Shown here: piece by piece, positions 9,367 to 20,222 of the stretch | Layout: each line of letters starts with the position of its first letter | Numbering within the stretch: the stretch's first letter is position 1 | IMG/VR virus record: IMGVR_UViG_3300038465_000158 | Location: 32,686 to 96,685 of that record | Origin: a virus | Length of the DNA stretch: 64,000 nt | Direction: 5' to 3' (one strand) | Notes under the pieces: generated by a model | Databases searched by the model: none | Seen by the model: the letters and a program-made list of their open reading frames with translations, nothing else | What the model was told of the DNA's origin: nothing | Program-made: the position numbers and the translations under genes

Positions 9367-10871
9367 TGCCTGTTACACCAGATCTCGCCCCGCAAATAGC
9401 ATGTTACATTACGCCGCCACATAAGCCGACAGTAAACTACGGAAACAAACTCGCATACAGTGGAGGAAACAACCAGATCTCAGTGACGCAAAACTTTGGT
9501 CGGCAAGGCGATACGGCGACGTTTGACTTGATTGACGGCAATTACGCAAGTGGCGAACCGCCAAACTTGGTTGTGCACCCGACATTCGTTATCCCCGCGT
9601 TCTCTGTTGTGAAACTCATCGACACGGCAGCATTAACGTACTATGGAGACGATGACCGAGCATCCATTTTTTACGGATATGTCGCTCACCCTCAGTTGTC
9701 TTTGAACGGTGTGAGTGAGATGGACTGGTATCTGTCATGCGTTGACCCTGGCGGCTACGCGAATGCATCAGTCGTGCAAGCAGTGTATGAAGGTATTCCT
9801 ATGGGAGACGCGATTGTTGACGTTGTTCGGAAATCGAATTGCGGCGTGCAAGCCAACACGATCGTCAATGGTGGTTTCGTCGAAAAGGGACCGACACTTA
9901 ATAGAACCGTCATTCACTACACAAATCTGACAAAAGCACTTCAGAAGATTTCGAAGATGGCATCATCTCAAAGTGCATACGGTTGGTACATCGATTCGAC
10001 AATGAATCTTCATTTCTATGATCAGCAGCAAGCACCAGATTCTGGCGTAACGGTCACTGATACACCGACTGCTGCTGGACTTCTTTCGTACACGGAATGC
10101 CACATGGACCTAAACCAGAAGATTACGTACGACTTTGACGGTTCATCTCTCTACAATCGAGCACTTGTTGTTGGAGCTTCTAAGACGATCACGACGACTG
10201 TGAAAGAGAAGCCGCTAGACACTTTTGTTGGAGACGGTAGCACGACTGAGTTCAAGATGTCATACGTGCCAGATACAACGGTCCAGTCTGCTTCGACAGC
10301 AAAAGCGACAAAGACAACGCTACCAGTCGTCACTGTCAATGGCGTACAACAGACTATCACAATCTACGACGGCACGACCGCAGTTACTAACCAGTGGACA
10401 ATACAACAAAATCCGAATGGTTCATGGGTTCTTGCAGTCACTCCAAACTTTGGAGTGACCCCAGGGGCTGGAGCAAAAATCTCCTTGTGGTATAGGTACA
10501 AATTGACGATAACTGCCCAGGTGGACCTCAAGCAGTCACAGAATGCAATCGGTGGGCCAAACCGTGGTGTATTTGCGACAGTAGTGAGCGCAACATCTCT
10601 TGACTCAACGGCTGCGGCTCATCAACGCGGCGCAAGAGAACTTGCTGAGTACGGACATCCGCAAGAAAAGATCCAATTTTACACGTCGCCAGAATGGATT
10701 GGCGTTTGGCGAGCTGGTATGACGTTCATTCTTGATAGCCAATTTCTTCTTGATTCGCAACGAGGATTTGCTCCTGGTCTTCATGCAAAGTTCATGATCA
10801 CTCAACAGACGGTGACGTTCACTCAGGGTGGATTCCGTCAATGGCAAGTAACGGCGGTGCGAGTCCAATGA
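9366..10871 (+). CDS. Minor tail / hub protein
   Basis: Directly after the tape measure; WYID...LHFY and YNRALVVG hub-like motifs. Confidence 0.75.
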   Translation: MPVTPDLAPQIACYITPPHKPTVNYGNKLAYSGGNNQISVTQNFGRQGDTATFDLIDGNYASGEPPNLVVHPTFVIPAFSVVKLIDTAALTYYGDDDRASIFYGYVAHPQLSLNGVSEMDWYLSCVDPGGYANASVVQAVYEGIPMGDAIVDVVRKSNCGVQANTIVNGGFVEKGPTLNRTVIHYTNLTKALQKISKMASSQSAYGWYIDSTMNLHFYDQQQAPDSGVTVTDTPTAAGLLSYTECHMDLNQKITYDFDGSSLYNRALVVGASKTITTTVKEKPLDTFVGDGSTTEFKMSYVPDTTVQSASTAKATKTTLPVVTVNGVQQTITIYDGTTAVTNQWTIQQNPNGSWVLAVTPNFGVTPGAGAKISLWYRYKLTITAQVDLKQSQNAIGGPNRGVFATVVSATSLDSTAAAHQRGARELAEYGHPQEKIQFYTSPEWIGVWRAGMTFILDSQFLLDSQRGFAPGLHAKFMITQQTVTFTQGGFRQWQVTAVRVQ

Positions 10872-11191
10872 CCGACATCAATGCAACACTGTCAATCACA
10901 TTTTCAACCACTGGATTCAATGCAGTTCAACCGTCGTCTCCTCAACAGTACTACAGTCCAGCAACTGGGCAACGAGCGTACACCGTTCAAGATGCTCTTG
11001 GAGCGCTAAACGATGCCATATTTTCAAACACTGATCCGACGTCTACTGGTGGAGATACTCCTGACGTTCTCTATAACTTCGTCACTTCTTCCGATGGTAT
11101 GATTCTCGTAGATAATGCGTTCACTGCATTTGATTTGAATGATTTAATCTACGACGGCGGATTCATTTATGCGCAAGGTGCTTGGCAATGA
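10868..11191 (+). CDS. Minor tail protein
   Basis: ATGA overlap within the tail operon. Confidence 0.6.
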   Translation: MTDINATLSITFSTTGFNAVQPSSPQQYYSPATGQRAYTVQDALGALNDAIFSNTDPTSTGGDTPDVLYNFVTSSDGMILVDNAFTAFDLNDLIYDGGFIYAQGAWQ

Positions 11192-11721
11192 GGGTAGGAC
11201 TTGACATCAAAGGTAGGTTCACTCTTGAGACCTTCGACGGCAACAATCGTACTGCTAGATGGGAAACCGATAACACAGTTTGCATCGCTGGACTCACTGA
11301 CGTTGCTGGAGCTCTTTCGTACCTTGGAGTGCAGGATATTGCAGACGAAATTGGGACCTCTCCTTACGTCATCACACCGATTTACGGAGCTCTAGGCACA
11401 GGTGATGTCACGACAAATCCTCCTTCAGTCTCAGATATTCAATTAGTCAACGAGATCACTCGAACAACGGCAACAGCATCTGGATTCGTTCCTGCTCTTG
11501 GAGCTAATCCCGGTCAAGCAGTATGGCAATTCCAATTTCCTATCAACAATTCTGGCGCGGATTACGTTCTAACAGAAGCTGGAGTTTTCACATTAGCTGA
11601 AGACATCACGAATAACGGTGATCTGCTTGATCATGCTGCGTTCAACCCGCTAGCGACGTGGCCAGCCGGTCAAAGTCTTATTCTCTCGCTGCAACTTTCT
11701 CTTTATGCGGTGTCCTGGTAA
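11188..11721 (+). CDS. Minor tail / fibre-attachment protein
   Basis: NTVC..G, ALGTG...L.NE..R and LTEAGVF motifs typical of baseplate-fibre proteins. Confidence 0.65.
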   Translation: MRVGLDIKGRFTLETFDGNNRTARWETDNTVCIAGLTDVAGALSYLGVQDIADEIGTSPYVITPIYGALGTGDVTTNPPSVSDIQLVNEITRTTATASGFVPALGANPGQAVWQFQFPINNSGADYVLTEAGVFTLAEDITNNGDLLDHAAFNPLATWPAGQSLILSLQLSLYAVSW

Positions 11722-13061
11722 TGACGACTCCAAAATGGTCCGCGGCTACTCCAGGTCAACCGATGCTGGCTGGTCAAGTCAATCAGTTTCTTGCTCTTCA
11801 TTCTGCTGATTTTACATACCAAGGCACACAGTTCAACACAGTGACCCCGGCTGGGTCTGTAGATGGTATTGGAGATAACGGGCAATTAGCATTTCGATTT
11901 GAATCACCAAGTAGTCCAACAACTTTGGGTTGGATAGCACCTGCCGCAGGAATAGACAATGCAGGATGCGATGTTTTTCTCACGTTGCAGACTGACAGTG
12001 GAGCTGGTCCAACTGGAAATATTCTTGCTTCATGCTACATTCCAGCAGAATGGATGCCAGGAAGTTATCCTACGGATGTTTCAACATGGGGATTTCCTCT
12101 TCCATATGACATGACTGCATCAACGTTTTACAATATCGTGTTCTCTCCGCTATCTGTTATTAGTGGAGGTCCTCCAGGATCTCTTTTTCCGAGTATAAAT
12201 GATTTCAAGCTGTTGCATTCAACTGATGTGACTGGCGCGTACACATTTAATGGGACAGCATGGGTTGGGCAATCATATGGCTACGCAATTGCGCTCTACT
12301 CAGCGGCACAAACTTCGTCAGCTAGCACACAAAATCTTGTGAACGTCACTGAAGATGTCTTCAATGCAGGAAATCTTCTCGGCCCTCAGTTGCACAAAAA
12401 CTACCAGTACAATTTTGACAATCTCATTGTCTACGCGCAAGAATGGGCGCAAAAAGCAGCATCTGGACCGTTCAATATGCTTTGTCGAGACGACGCAAGT
12501 TTTGGCGCTTCACTTGGTTCATTTTCGCTTGGCCCTCCAGTGAATTGCACAGTCATTCAAGCAACTGGAATCGCTCTTGTCGGCGGCCATTCGATGCAAA
12601 TGCAAGCAACTGGCTCTGTTTCATCAATGTCAGTTTCAACACTAGCGTTGCCTGACCCTGCAGGATTGAACGAGTACATTGCAGTAAATTACAGCAGTAG
12701 TTATTCGGCTGTTATTGCGATAGCACCTGCATCATCTTTGCAAGAAATCAGTGTTGACATTTCATGGTACACAGGCACACCGACTTTTATTTCGACTACA
12801 GTTGGAGTTCCTGTTGTGCAAACCGCAATTGATGAGTTCACGTTTGCGTACAACGTGAACGCGATCGCGCCGATTAACGCCGCAATAGCTCAATTGACGA
12901 TAAATGTCACAGGAAGTCTTACTGGTGGAGACAACCATTACGTCGGTCTCGTCGGCATGTTCGCAAATTCCAACACGATTTGGTCGCCGCCTGCGCTTGG
13001 TATTTCATCTGCGAGAACACTCTCGTATAACCCAGCGGATGCGCCAGTCTATGTCTACTAG
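11721..13061 (+). CDS. Minor tail protein with carbohydrate-binding-like beta domains
   Basis: S/T/G-rich; N-terminal W...GQ...AGQVNQFL..H motif also seen in the 14145 protein. Confidence 0.7.
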   Translation: MTTPKWSAATPGQPMLAGQVNQFLALHSADFTYQGTQFNTVTPAGSVDGIGDNGQLAFRFESPSSPTTLGWIAPAAGIDNAGCDVFLTLQTDSGAGPTGNILASCYIPAEWMPGSYPTDVSTWGFPLPYDMTASTFYNIVFSPLSVISGGPPGSLFPSINDFKLLHSTDVTGAYTFNGTAWVGQSYGYAIALYSAAQTSSASTQNLVNVTEDVFNAGNLLGPQLHKNYQYNFDNLIVYAQEWAQKAASGPFNMLCRDDASFGASLGSFSLGPPVNCTVIQATGIALVGGHSMQMQATGSVSSMSVSTLALPDPAGLNEYIAVNYSSSYSAVIAIAPASSLQEISVDISWYTGTPTFISTTVGVPVVQTAIDEFTFAYNVNAIAPINAAIAQLTINVTGSLTGGDNHYVGLVGMFANSNTIWSPPALGISSARTLSYNPADAPVYVY

Positions 13062-13070
13062 GAAGGAATT

Positions 13071-14144
13071 ATGGTTGATGATTTAGCAGACTTCGCTGCC
13101 TCTACCGTCGCGGTTGCGCCATCGCCACAAATAACGGGTAGGTCACTTGTTGTGCAAAGTGGAGAAGGTGCATACTATCCTACGCCTCCGTTTGACGTGA
13201 CAATGTCGCCCCCTGGCGTCAAGTCCACATGGTCGAATTCGGAACTCGGCGTATGCACGAACGTGTCTGGTGACACATTAACGATTACTCGAGGGGCATA
13301 CGGTTCAAATCTACAAGTAATAGCAGTTGGTTGGACCGTGGAGAACAACATCACAAAGAATTTGCTTATGCAGATTCTCGCAGCTGTTGCTCCGCTTGCT
13401 ACAAGTGTTGTTGGACCAGATTCGTTTGGGGCTTCACCAGTTGTCGGCACTTCTTCATCAGTTGCTCGTGAAGACCACAACCACGGTCTTCCTGATGCAG
13501 CACTTCCACCATGGTATCAAATCGGGACTGGAAGTCCAGTCGGTGTCGTCGTTCCTTATGCGATCTATGCTCTTTATCGTGATGATGCAACTGACGGTAC
13601 TTTCATCGCAACTGGAACCACTGATGCTGATTGGCTAAGTCTCGGCGGCAATAATGGTGCCAACGGCGGTTTGTCATTTATCACTGGCGGTGCTGGATTT
13701 GCTTCAGTCATATTAGCAGCTCTTGGCGCAGGCGAACAAGCACAATTGCTTTCTGGCGTTGCTAGCGGGTTTACTGTGACAGATAACTACATCACTGTGA
13801 CTATTACTGGGATGGGTTCATTCAATCTTTTCATTTCTGCTGGTGATCCGAACACGACATCTATTTCCGCGATCGCGGCTGGTGACTGGTGTGTCGATGT
13901 GACAAACTTTGCACAGTGGGTCGCGCAATCTTCGGGGACTGGCGACTGGTCTCTTGCATCCGGTTGGAAAGGATTGAATGCGTTCTACGCAGGTAGTACT
14001 GGTGCCGCAGGAGTCTTTTTACCGATGCAGCATGCAACATCTGGCGCCCCAGCATACGTAGAGGGCGGTATGTACTACGACACCACTTTGCATAAACTTC
14101 GTATCGGTGGTCTGTCTGCCTGGGAAACTGTCACGAGCGTCTAA
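13071..14144 (+). CDS. Tail fibre / appendage protein
   Basis: N-terminal ~100 aa homologous to the 26665 protein (STVA.APSP..G..LVV..G.GA..P...DTLTI.R..YG); AREDHNH fibre knot motif. Confidence 0.7.
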   Translation: MVDDLADFAASTVAVAPSPQITGRSLVVQSGEGAYYPTPPFDVTMSPPGVKSTWSNSELGVCTNVSGDTLTITRGAYGSNLQVIAVGWTVENNITKNLLMQILAAVAPLATSVVGPDSFGASPVVGTSSSVAREDHNHGLPDAALPPWYQIGTGSPVGVVVPYAIYALYRDDATDGTFIATGTTDADWLSLGGNNGANGGLSFITGGAGFASVILAALGAGEQAQLLSGVASGFTVTDNYITVTITGMGSFNLFISAGDPNTTSISAIAAGDWCVDVTNFAQWVAQSSGTGDWSLASGWKGLNAFYAGSTGAAGVFLPMQHATSGAPAYVEGGMYYDTTLHKLRIGGLSAWETVTSV

Positions 14145-16499
14145 ATGCCATTAGGAACCGACTATCTTGGAGATTCCTATCTCGGCAGCAGCGATCCAGA
14201 TTCATTTCCTGCTCCTCCAATTCCAGACAGCGGTGCAATCGAAAATTCGACGTGGCATTCGATTTCTCAAGGGAATGAAGTAAGTTCCGCGGACATCGAT
14301 CAGCATCTTGTTGTCCATGCTTCGAGTGCGTCTTATGCTGACGGTACTCTCGCTGGATTTGATGTTGGAGCGACAAACGCACTTCCAATGACATTCGGTG
14401 GGCCATACGGTTCATCGGCATCTATGGGATGGATCGGTGTTGACGGCACGAACGTATTTGCTGTGGCTCAAGCTTTGACAGACGGCACAACTTCATTTGG
14501 CGGTGGAACTCGTCTTCGTCTTCCAATTTCGTATTCGCAACTCACGCAGAACAGTAATGTTGATATGCAACAATATTCGTCAGCATGTGATCTTGTTGTC
14601 TCATTCCAGGGTTATGAACCTCTTTTTGGTACTTCTACATATGCGCCAGACGGCAATGACTCTTTTTCAATTTTGATCCCGAAAGAGTTCATCAATTCGT
14701 TGCAATCTAGTGCGTGGCCAGACGCAAATGAATTCATGCCGAGTGACTTCTATACTCTTCCAACGTCGTTCGTTCCTGTGACAACTCTCACTACTGCTAC
14801 GACGACTGATGTCACACTTTCTTCTAGTTTTGTAGACCAACTAATTGGTGTGATGGACAACACTAGTTTTCCAGTAAGTGGTGGAACTATCGTTCTCACA
14901 TCGGGAATTTCTATCGCTACATTGTCGTATACTGGAGTTGATTTGAGCAACAACTTGCTTGGATGCAGTGTTGAGTTTGGTGATATCGCTGACCCGTCTG
15001 GAACACTGTATTCTGCCGGTGCGACCGTGGCAATCTCTGCATCGCTCCAAACTCAATACATCAGCGCTGGTATTTATGTTGTCGCGCAGAACACTCTTAC
15101 ATCAGACACAACAACGGCGATAAATGCGGCTTCAGTGAATGGTGCCGCAACAAGTCTTAACACGACGTATTACGCGACGTACTTGGCTGGAAGCATCGGT
15201 CCTTGGACGACTGGAGATTCACTTCCTGAATATAACTGTGCTCTTGTCTACGCTCCAGCCAGTGAAACTCTCTACGCAATAGGACCGTCTGGCACATTGT
15301 ATTCCGCATCGCTTCCGCAAGACGGAACAGTCATGGGCACTTGGGGGATTGTCCAACCGACTGTGCCGACTGATGTGACGTTCAATTTTCCAGCATACAA
15401 TCTACTACCGCAAGATGCGCTACCGTCGCTTGCTGTTTGCACACTTGACTCAATTGACTATGTTTTCATCATTGGTGGAATTTCAAACGGTGTTCAGCAA
15501 TTCACTTGCTATTACACATACATCGCGACAACAACAGGAGCACTTGTCGATTTCGTCCAGACAGCACCGATTCCATTTGCTACGAGCCAAGGTACCGCAA
15601 ACACATCGGCAGGGATGTACAGTTTCTGCCAGAATAGTTGCATCTATGCTCGAGACACGACAAATCTTACGTACTTGACGCTTTATAGCATTCCAGTGTG
15701 GATTGATAGCGCTGGCGATATCAATACTGGTAACTGGACATGTGTAATTTCGCAATATCACAATCCAGTTTTCTCTTCTGTCGGCAACCAATTGATTCTC
15801 GGTGTTGGCTACAACAATGTCGTGACGAATACGTCAGTTATTGGACTTACACCGGATGGATTCGGTATCAGTGACAACATCAATTCACTTCCTACGTTCT
15901 ACAGTGGTATTCTTGCGTATGATGCTCTAGTGAACGCAGCAGTATTTGAAAATGATGACGGCACGTGCTCAGTTCTCTCAAGTTATGGATTTGCAGCATG
16001 GCTCTATCCGACAACGTGGCTCGACATTCCTATGCCACCGATTGCGTCAAATACGTTTCTCGTCATCACAGCAGCGGGAACTCCACGAACGAATTTCGGT
16101 GTGAACATTGGTCTTCAAAACATCAATATGTACACGCCAGACACCGATTTAGCGCCGATTCTCAACTACCAATTTCCACCGATGGTTGTTAAAACTCCGA
16201 ACGGATGGTCAAACATATTTAAGAGTGGCGACGCAATGCTAGACTTCACATATTATGCATCGTCTCACATTGCATATCCGAGTTTCATCGGTCTATTTGA
16301 AGATGGCACCGATACTCAGTGGACAATTGCGAAGTACAGTTCACCGAATGACTTGCTTCTTTACGTTGCTGATGTCACGTATGATCCACTCGGAATCAAC
16401 AATACAGTTTCTGTCGCTGCGCTGGAATACGACGGTTTGAGCGGATTCAATAATCAACCACAAGCAATTGTCTCATCGATACAAGAGTTGGCATCATGA
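14145..16499 (+). CDS. Large minor tail protein with probable beta-propeller region
   Basis: 784 aa, S/T-rich; Kelch-like YVFIIGG and LYAIG motifs; N-terminus MPLG..YLG..YLG. Confidence 0.7.
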   Translation: MPLGTDYLGDSYLGSSDPDSFPAPPIPDSGAIENSTWHSISQGNEVSSADIDQHLVVHASSASYADGTLAGFDVGATNALPMTFGGPYGSSASMGWIGVDGTNVFAVAQALTDGTTSFGGGTRLRLPISYSQLTQNSNVDMQQYSSACDLVVSFQGYEPLFGTSTYAPDGNDSFSILIPKEFINSLQSSAWPDANEFMPSDFYTLPTSFVPVTTLTTATTTDVTLSSSFVDQLIGVMDNTSFPVSGGTIVLTSGISIATLSYTGVDLSNNLLGCSVEFGDIADPSGTLYSAGATVAISASLQTQYISAGIYVVAQNTLTSDTTTAINAASVNGAATSLNTTYYATYLAGSIGPWTTGDSLPEYNCALVYAPASETLYAIGPSGTLYSASLPQDGTVMGTWGIVQPTVPTDVTFNFPAYNLLPQDALPSLAVCTLDSIDYVFIIGGISNGVQQFTCYYTYIATTTGALVDFVQTAPIPFATSQGTANTSAGMYSFCQNSCIYARDTTNLTYLTLYSIPVWIDSAGDINTGNWTCVISQYHNPVFSSVGNQLILGVGYNNVVTNTSVIGLTPDGFGISDNINSLPTFYSGILAYDALVNAAVFENDDGTCSVLSSYGFAAWLYPTTWLDIPMPPIASNTFLVITAAGTPRTNFGVNIGLQNINMYTPDTDLAPILNYQFPPMVVKTPNGWSNIFKSGDAMLDFTYYASSHIAYPSFIGLFEDGTDTQWTIAKYSSPNDLLLYVADVTYDPLGINNTVSVAALEYDGLSGFNNQPQAIVSSIQELAS

Positions 16500-16996
16500 A
16501 TTCAAAACTTCTCTACTTAATTTCGCAGACGACTGTAGTAGGGAATCCGATTGGACGTATATCGCAGAATGTCACTAACCAACTCGTTACGACAGCATCC
16601 TCAACCGTGCCAGTCATTTGGGACACATTTGATTTCGCAATCAACAACATGGTCTCCGGACCGGCAGGTTTCACTGTGCCGTTGCAAGGGTACTACTTAG
16701 TGAATGCGACTATGACGTTTGGAAGTGCTAGTACTGGGTACACCGACCCACTTGCAAACACAATGGGAATTATTAGTGTCTTAGTCGACGGTATTTTGAC
16801 AAGTCGCGGCAGTGAAATGTACTACGTTGACACAACAAGTGCCGGCCCGTATGCTAGTGTGGTATCTGACGTTCTCTACATTGATCAAGGTGGAACTGTC
16901 AGTGCAGAGGCATTCGGTAGCATTCCATCTGGTTCACTTTATTCATATGCAAATGATCATGAGACGTTCTTCTCTTTGGCGTACATATGTGCTTAG
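16496..16996 (+). CDS. C1q/BclA-like beta-sandwich tail protein (paralog 1)
   Basis: FTVPLQGYYLVNATMTF...VSDVLYIDQGGTVS. Confidence 0.65.
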   Translation: MNSKLLYLISQTTVVGNPIGRISQNVTNQLVTTASSTVPVIWDTFDFAINNMVSGPAGFTVPLQGYYLVNATMTFGSASTGYTDPLANTMGIISVLVDGILTSRGSEMYYVDTTSAGPYASVVSDVLYIDQGGTVSAEAFGSIPSGSLYSYANDHETFFSLAYICA

Positions 16997-17008
16997 AATG
17001 GATTTCAA

Positions 17009-19234
17009 ATGGACGCTGAACTCGAATATTTTCTTGCAATAGCGAATCGAAAGAGAATTCCAGTTGCTCGTATCGGAATCAGTGGCGAGTTTCTTGTCAC
17101 TGAAAGCCAAACTAATATTGGAATAGCAAACATAGATGCAGCTCTCGGCTCTTCAACAGCGCTCGTGACAACAGTTGCTCCGCATGGAATCGCAGTTGGT
17201 GAGATTATGACTATTGAGAACAATCTCACTGAGTCTGCAATCACGACGATCACTGGTGATGGAACGACGGCAACAGTTGCATGCGCTCAACCGCATGCTC
17301 TTGTCGACCAAGGAACTGTTGTCATCGCGAACAACACTGCAGTATTCACTGATGCTGACGCAACTGGCGACGGTTCAACTGCGACAATTGTCACAACTGA
17401 ACCGCATGGATTCGCGGATAGTGCGAGTATCGACATCGGATACACTGTTGCTGGTGTGCCTTCTTCCATCACTGTTGGTATCTCGTCTGTCACTGCTGAC
17501 GGCACAACTGCGACCGTTGTGACGACTTCTCCGCATACGTTCATCGATGGTCAAAATGTAACTATCAGTGTTCCGGCTGGTGACGGTTCGATTGCTCAAA
17601 TTTACTCGAATTCGCCGACGAGCGGAAACTCTGAAGTGTACTCTCCGAACTTGCCGAACATCGGAGATTCAGTCACGATTACTGGCAATGGATTCGATGC
17701 AAGTCTTCTTTCGCCGACGTTGCATGCCGCAATAGTTACTGGTAACGGAACAACCGCGACAGCTATTACTTCATACGGAACGCTTCCTCCAGAGTTTACT
17801 TCTGGAACAAACATTGAACTCACTGGACTTCGCGCGCACGGCACGATGGTTCAAATTGCTTCGTCTGGGACAACAGTTTCAGTTCTTACATTTACAGCGC
17901 ATAGTCTTGCTGTCGGCAGCAGCGTCACACTTCATGGAATCACTGGCCCAACATCGCAGACACGATTCAACGGCACGTGGACTGTTGCTTCAGTTCCGAA
18001 TCCTGGCGAATTTACGTTCACTGCGCCATTCAGTTCATCAATCACGTTCAATCCTTCGCCAGCGACATGGAACGGGGTTTCTGGTTTTAATGGTTCGTGG
18101 GTGATTTCTAGCATTGGGTCAATCACTGTTAGTTCACACGTCTATAAAACAGTTTCATTCGCAAATAGCGTCAATGTGACTACAGCTGGAACGCCAACGT
18201 ATGGGACTGGCGGTGTTATTACCGCAGTTTCTTCCTACAATACGTCATTTACCGTTAGTGCTCTCGGTGCCGGTTACTTTGTCATTCCGTACGCGTCAGG
18301 CGCTGGAGTATCGATCTTTTATGGTGGCCAGTGGGAGACTGGGGCAGGTCTTGGAGGAGTTCAAGTCATCACTGCAATCGACGATAGTTTGACATTTGAA
18401 TATGCCACTATCGTCACGTCTTCGTCTACGAGCGGCTACGCAACAGGAACGTCAGGTTTTGACCAGACTGGTGTGACAATCACGTATCAAGATGCGAACA
18501 CGTTCACGTACTCATGTGCTTCAGATACTGCCGGTGTCGCTGTTGCTGGCTACAACGGCTCTGGTCTTTCTGGATTCAATGGCACTCAGATTCCAATTAC
18601 TTACATTGACGGTCTAACTTTCTCGTTTCTTAGCGGAACGCAAGCAGTCATCACAGGCGGAAATCTCAATGGCACAAGTGGATTCAATGCATCACCAGTA
18701 ACTGTGTTGACGGTGCCATCATCGACGACCTTCACGTACAAGAATCAACTTGCTGGAGTCGGAGGAACAGCACTTCCGTACGTCTATGGACTTACTTCTG
18801 CATCTGGTACCATCATCACATTTGACTTGTCGTACGCTGGAGTGACTAAAACGCAATTGTACTGGGACCAACCTGCAGTTTTTTCAACAAACGGCATGGT
18901 GGCAAGTTCTAGCGGAATCACTGTCCCAATTGCTGGGTACTACAGAATCATCTGTCGTGTTGAACTAAGTGGCGCCGTAAATACGGCATACGCATTCGCA
19001 GACATCCTTGTAGATGGCGTTCTTACTGCAAGAAGTACGTGCATCAACATGCAAAACCCACCGTCTGAATATTGGAGTGTTCTTGTCTCTGACCTCGTGT
19101 ACTTAACAGCAAATCAGACCATTAGCATCTTGGTTACCGCGTTCGCGCCATTGAATAGCGGTCAAATTTATGCATTCGGCTCGGGGTACAGTTTTACGTA
19201 TTTGGCCGCAATTTACATGAGCGCAGGAGCGTAG
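17009..19234 (+). CDS. Tail fibre with nested A-T-V-T-T-x-x-P-H beta repeats and C-terminal C1q-like domain (paralog 2)
   Basis: Repeated GDGTTATV.T..PH and SGFNG...IT...TF.Y motifs; C-terminal ITVPIAGYYRI...VSDLVYLTANQTISI. Confidence 0.75.
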   Translation: MDAELEYFLAIANRKRIPVARIGISGEFLVTESQTNIGIANIDAALGSSTALVTTVAPHGIAVGEIMTIENNLTESAITTITGDGTTATVACAQPHALVDQGTVVIANNTAVFTDADATGDGSTATIVTTEPHGFADSASIDIGYTVAGVPSSITVGISSVTADGTTATVVTTSPHTFIDGQNVTISVPAGDGSIAQIYSNSPTSGNSEVYSPNLPNIGDSVTITGNGFDASLLSPTLHAAIVTGNGTTATAITSYGTLPPEFTSGTNIELTGLRAHGTMVQIASSGTTVSVLTFTAHSLAVGSSVTLHGITGPTSQTRFNGTWTVASVPNPGEFTFTAPFSSSITFNPSPATWNGVSGFNGSWVISSIGSITVSSHVYKTVSFANSVNVTTAGTPTYGTGGVITAVSSYNTSFTVSALGAGYFVIPYASGAGVSIFYGGQWETGAGLGGVQVITAIDDSLTFEYATIVTSSSTSGYATGTSGFDQTGVTITYQDANTFTYSCASDTAGVAVAGYNGSGLSGFNGTQIPITYIDGLTFSFLSGTQAVITGGNLNGTSGFNASPVTVLTVPSSTTFTYKNQLAGVGGTALPYVYGLTSASGTIITFDLSYAGVTKTQLYWDQPAVFSTNGMVASSSGITVPIAGYYRIICRVELSGAVNTAYAFADILVDGVLTARSTCINMQNPPSEYWSVLVSDLVYLTANQTISILVTAFAPLNSGQIYAFGSGYSFTYLAAIYMSAGA

Positions 19235-19734
19235 TGGATAGCGAACTTCTCTATCTTTTTTCTAAAGTACCGAAGGGACCGCAAACTCTTGCACACCTTT
19301 CATGCACGACAGGTTCGACTCTAGCAAATACTTTCGTTCCATGGGACAATTTCCAAACGCAAAATGTTATCAGCGTAGGATCATATGGAGTAGCAGTAGA
19401 AGCTAGTGGCTACTATGAAATTAGTAGCATCGTAACATTCAGCGAATCGTTAACTGCCCCGTATGTAAGTCCAACACCACCGACAAATGTACGCCTTTCA
19501 ATCGCTGTCAATAGCACCGTCGTCTCATCTGGACTTGCTGTGACAGCGACTGAAGCGCAATACACTTTAGCTGCAATTGTGACAGACATCATCTATTTGA
19601 ACTCTGGTGACATCGTCACGATCAAAGCTGCATATGCAAGCCCTGGCAATGTCTATATCTGGGGAATTCAAGATCCAACAGCAATCACAGGTCTTTTCAT
19701 GACTTATATGTCAGTTGTCTATCTAGGAACGTAA
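19234..19734 (+). CDS. C1q/BclA-like tail protein (paralog 3)
   Basis: MDSELLYL N-terminus; VAVEASGYYEISSIVTF...VTDIIYLNSGDIVTI. Confidence 0.65.
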   Translation: MDSELLYLFSKVPKGPQTLAHLSCTTGSTLANTFVPWDNFQTQNVISVGSYGVAVEASGYYEISSIVTFSESLTAPYVSPTPPTNVRLSIAVNSTVVSSGLAVTATEAQYTLAAIVTDIIYLNSGDIVTIKAAYASPGNVYIWGIQDPTAITGLFMTYMSVVYLGT

Positions 19735-20222
19735 TGACCACGACATCACTCAGCAAGATTCCGAAGACCGAGCAACGCGGCTTGTTCGCTTCATCTAGCG
19801 GAAACGATGACGAGGTTGTCTGGCAACCTGCAGGAATTGGCGTTGGCGGATTCACTTTGGCTCTTCCTTTGCTGTGGGCAGACACAGGAGATCCGCCACG
19901 ATACTTACTCTCGTTGTTTGGACCAGCGCCAGTTTCCGTGCCAGTCGGGCCAGGAACTCATGTCCAACTCAGTGAAGTTGTTGCTTGGTCGAAAGATGGC
20001 GGAACGCCAGAGTACACGATTAACATCACCCAGAATGGCATCGCAGTGCCCGGTCTTACAAGTATCATTGTTGCGTCTTACAACTCACCAGTTTTCGTAC
20101 CAATTACACCTGTCAATGTCGACAATAATGATGAATTCAATATTGAAATGCTGTACAACAGCAGCGGTGGTTCTCATCATTCGATTATCGTCACTCTCTA
20201 TCTGACAGTGAGTACGGCATGA
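19734..20222 (+). CDS. Virion-module beta protein, tandem paralog A
   Basis: SKIPKTEQRG...GNDDEV...INITQNG...NNDEFNIE. Confidence 0.7.
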   Translation: MTTTSLSKIPKTEQRGLFASSSGNDDEVVWQPAGIGVGGFTLALPLLWADTGDPPRYLLSLFGPAPVSVPVGPGTHVQLSEVVAWSKDGGTPEYTINITQNGIAVPGLTSIIVASYNSPVFVPITPVNVDNNDEFNIEMLYNSSGGSHHSIIVTLYLTVSTA

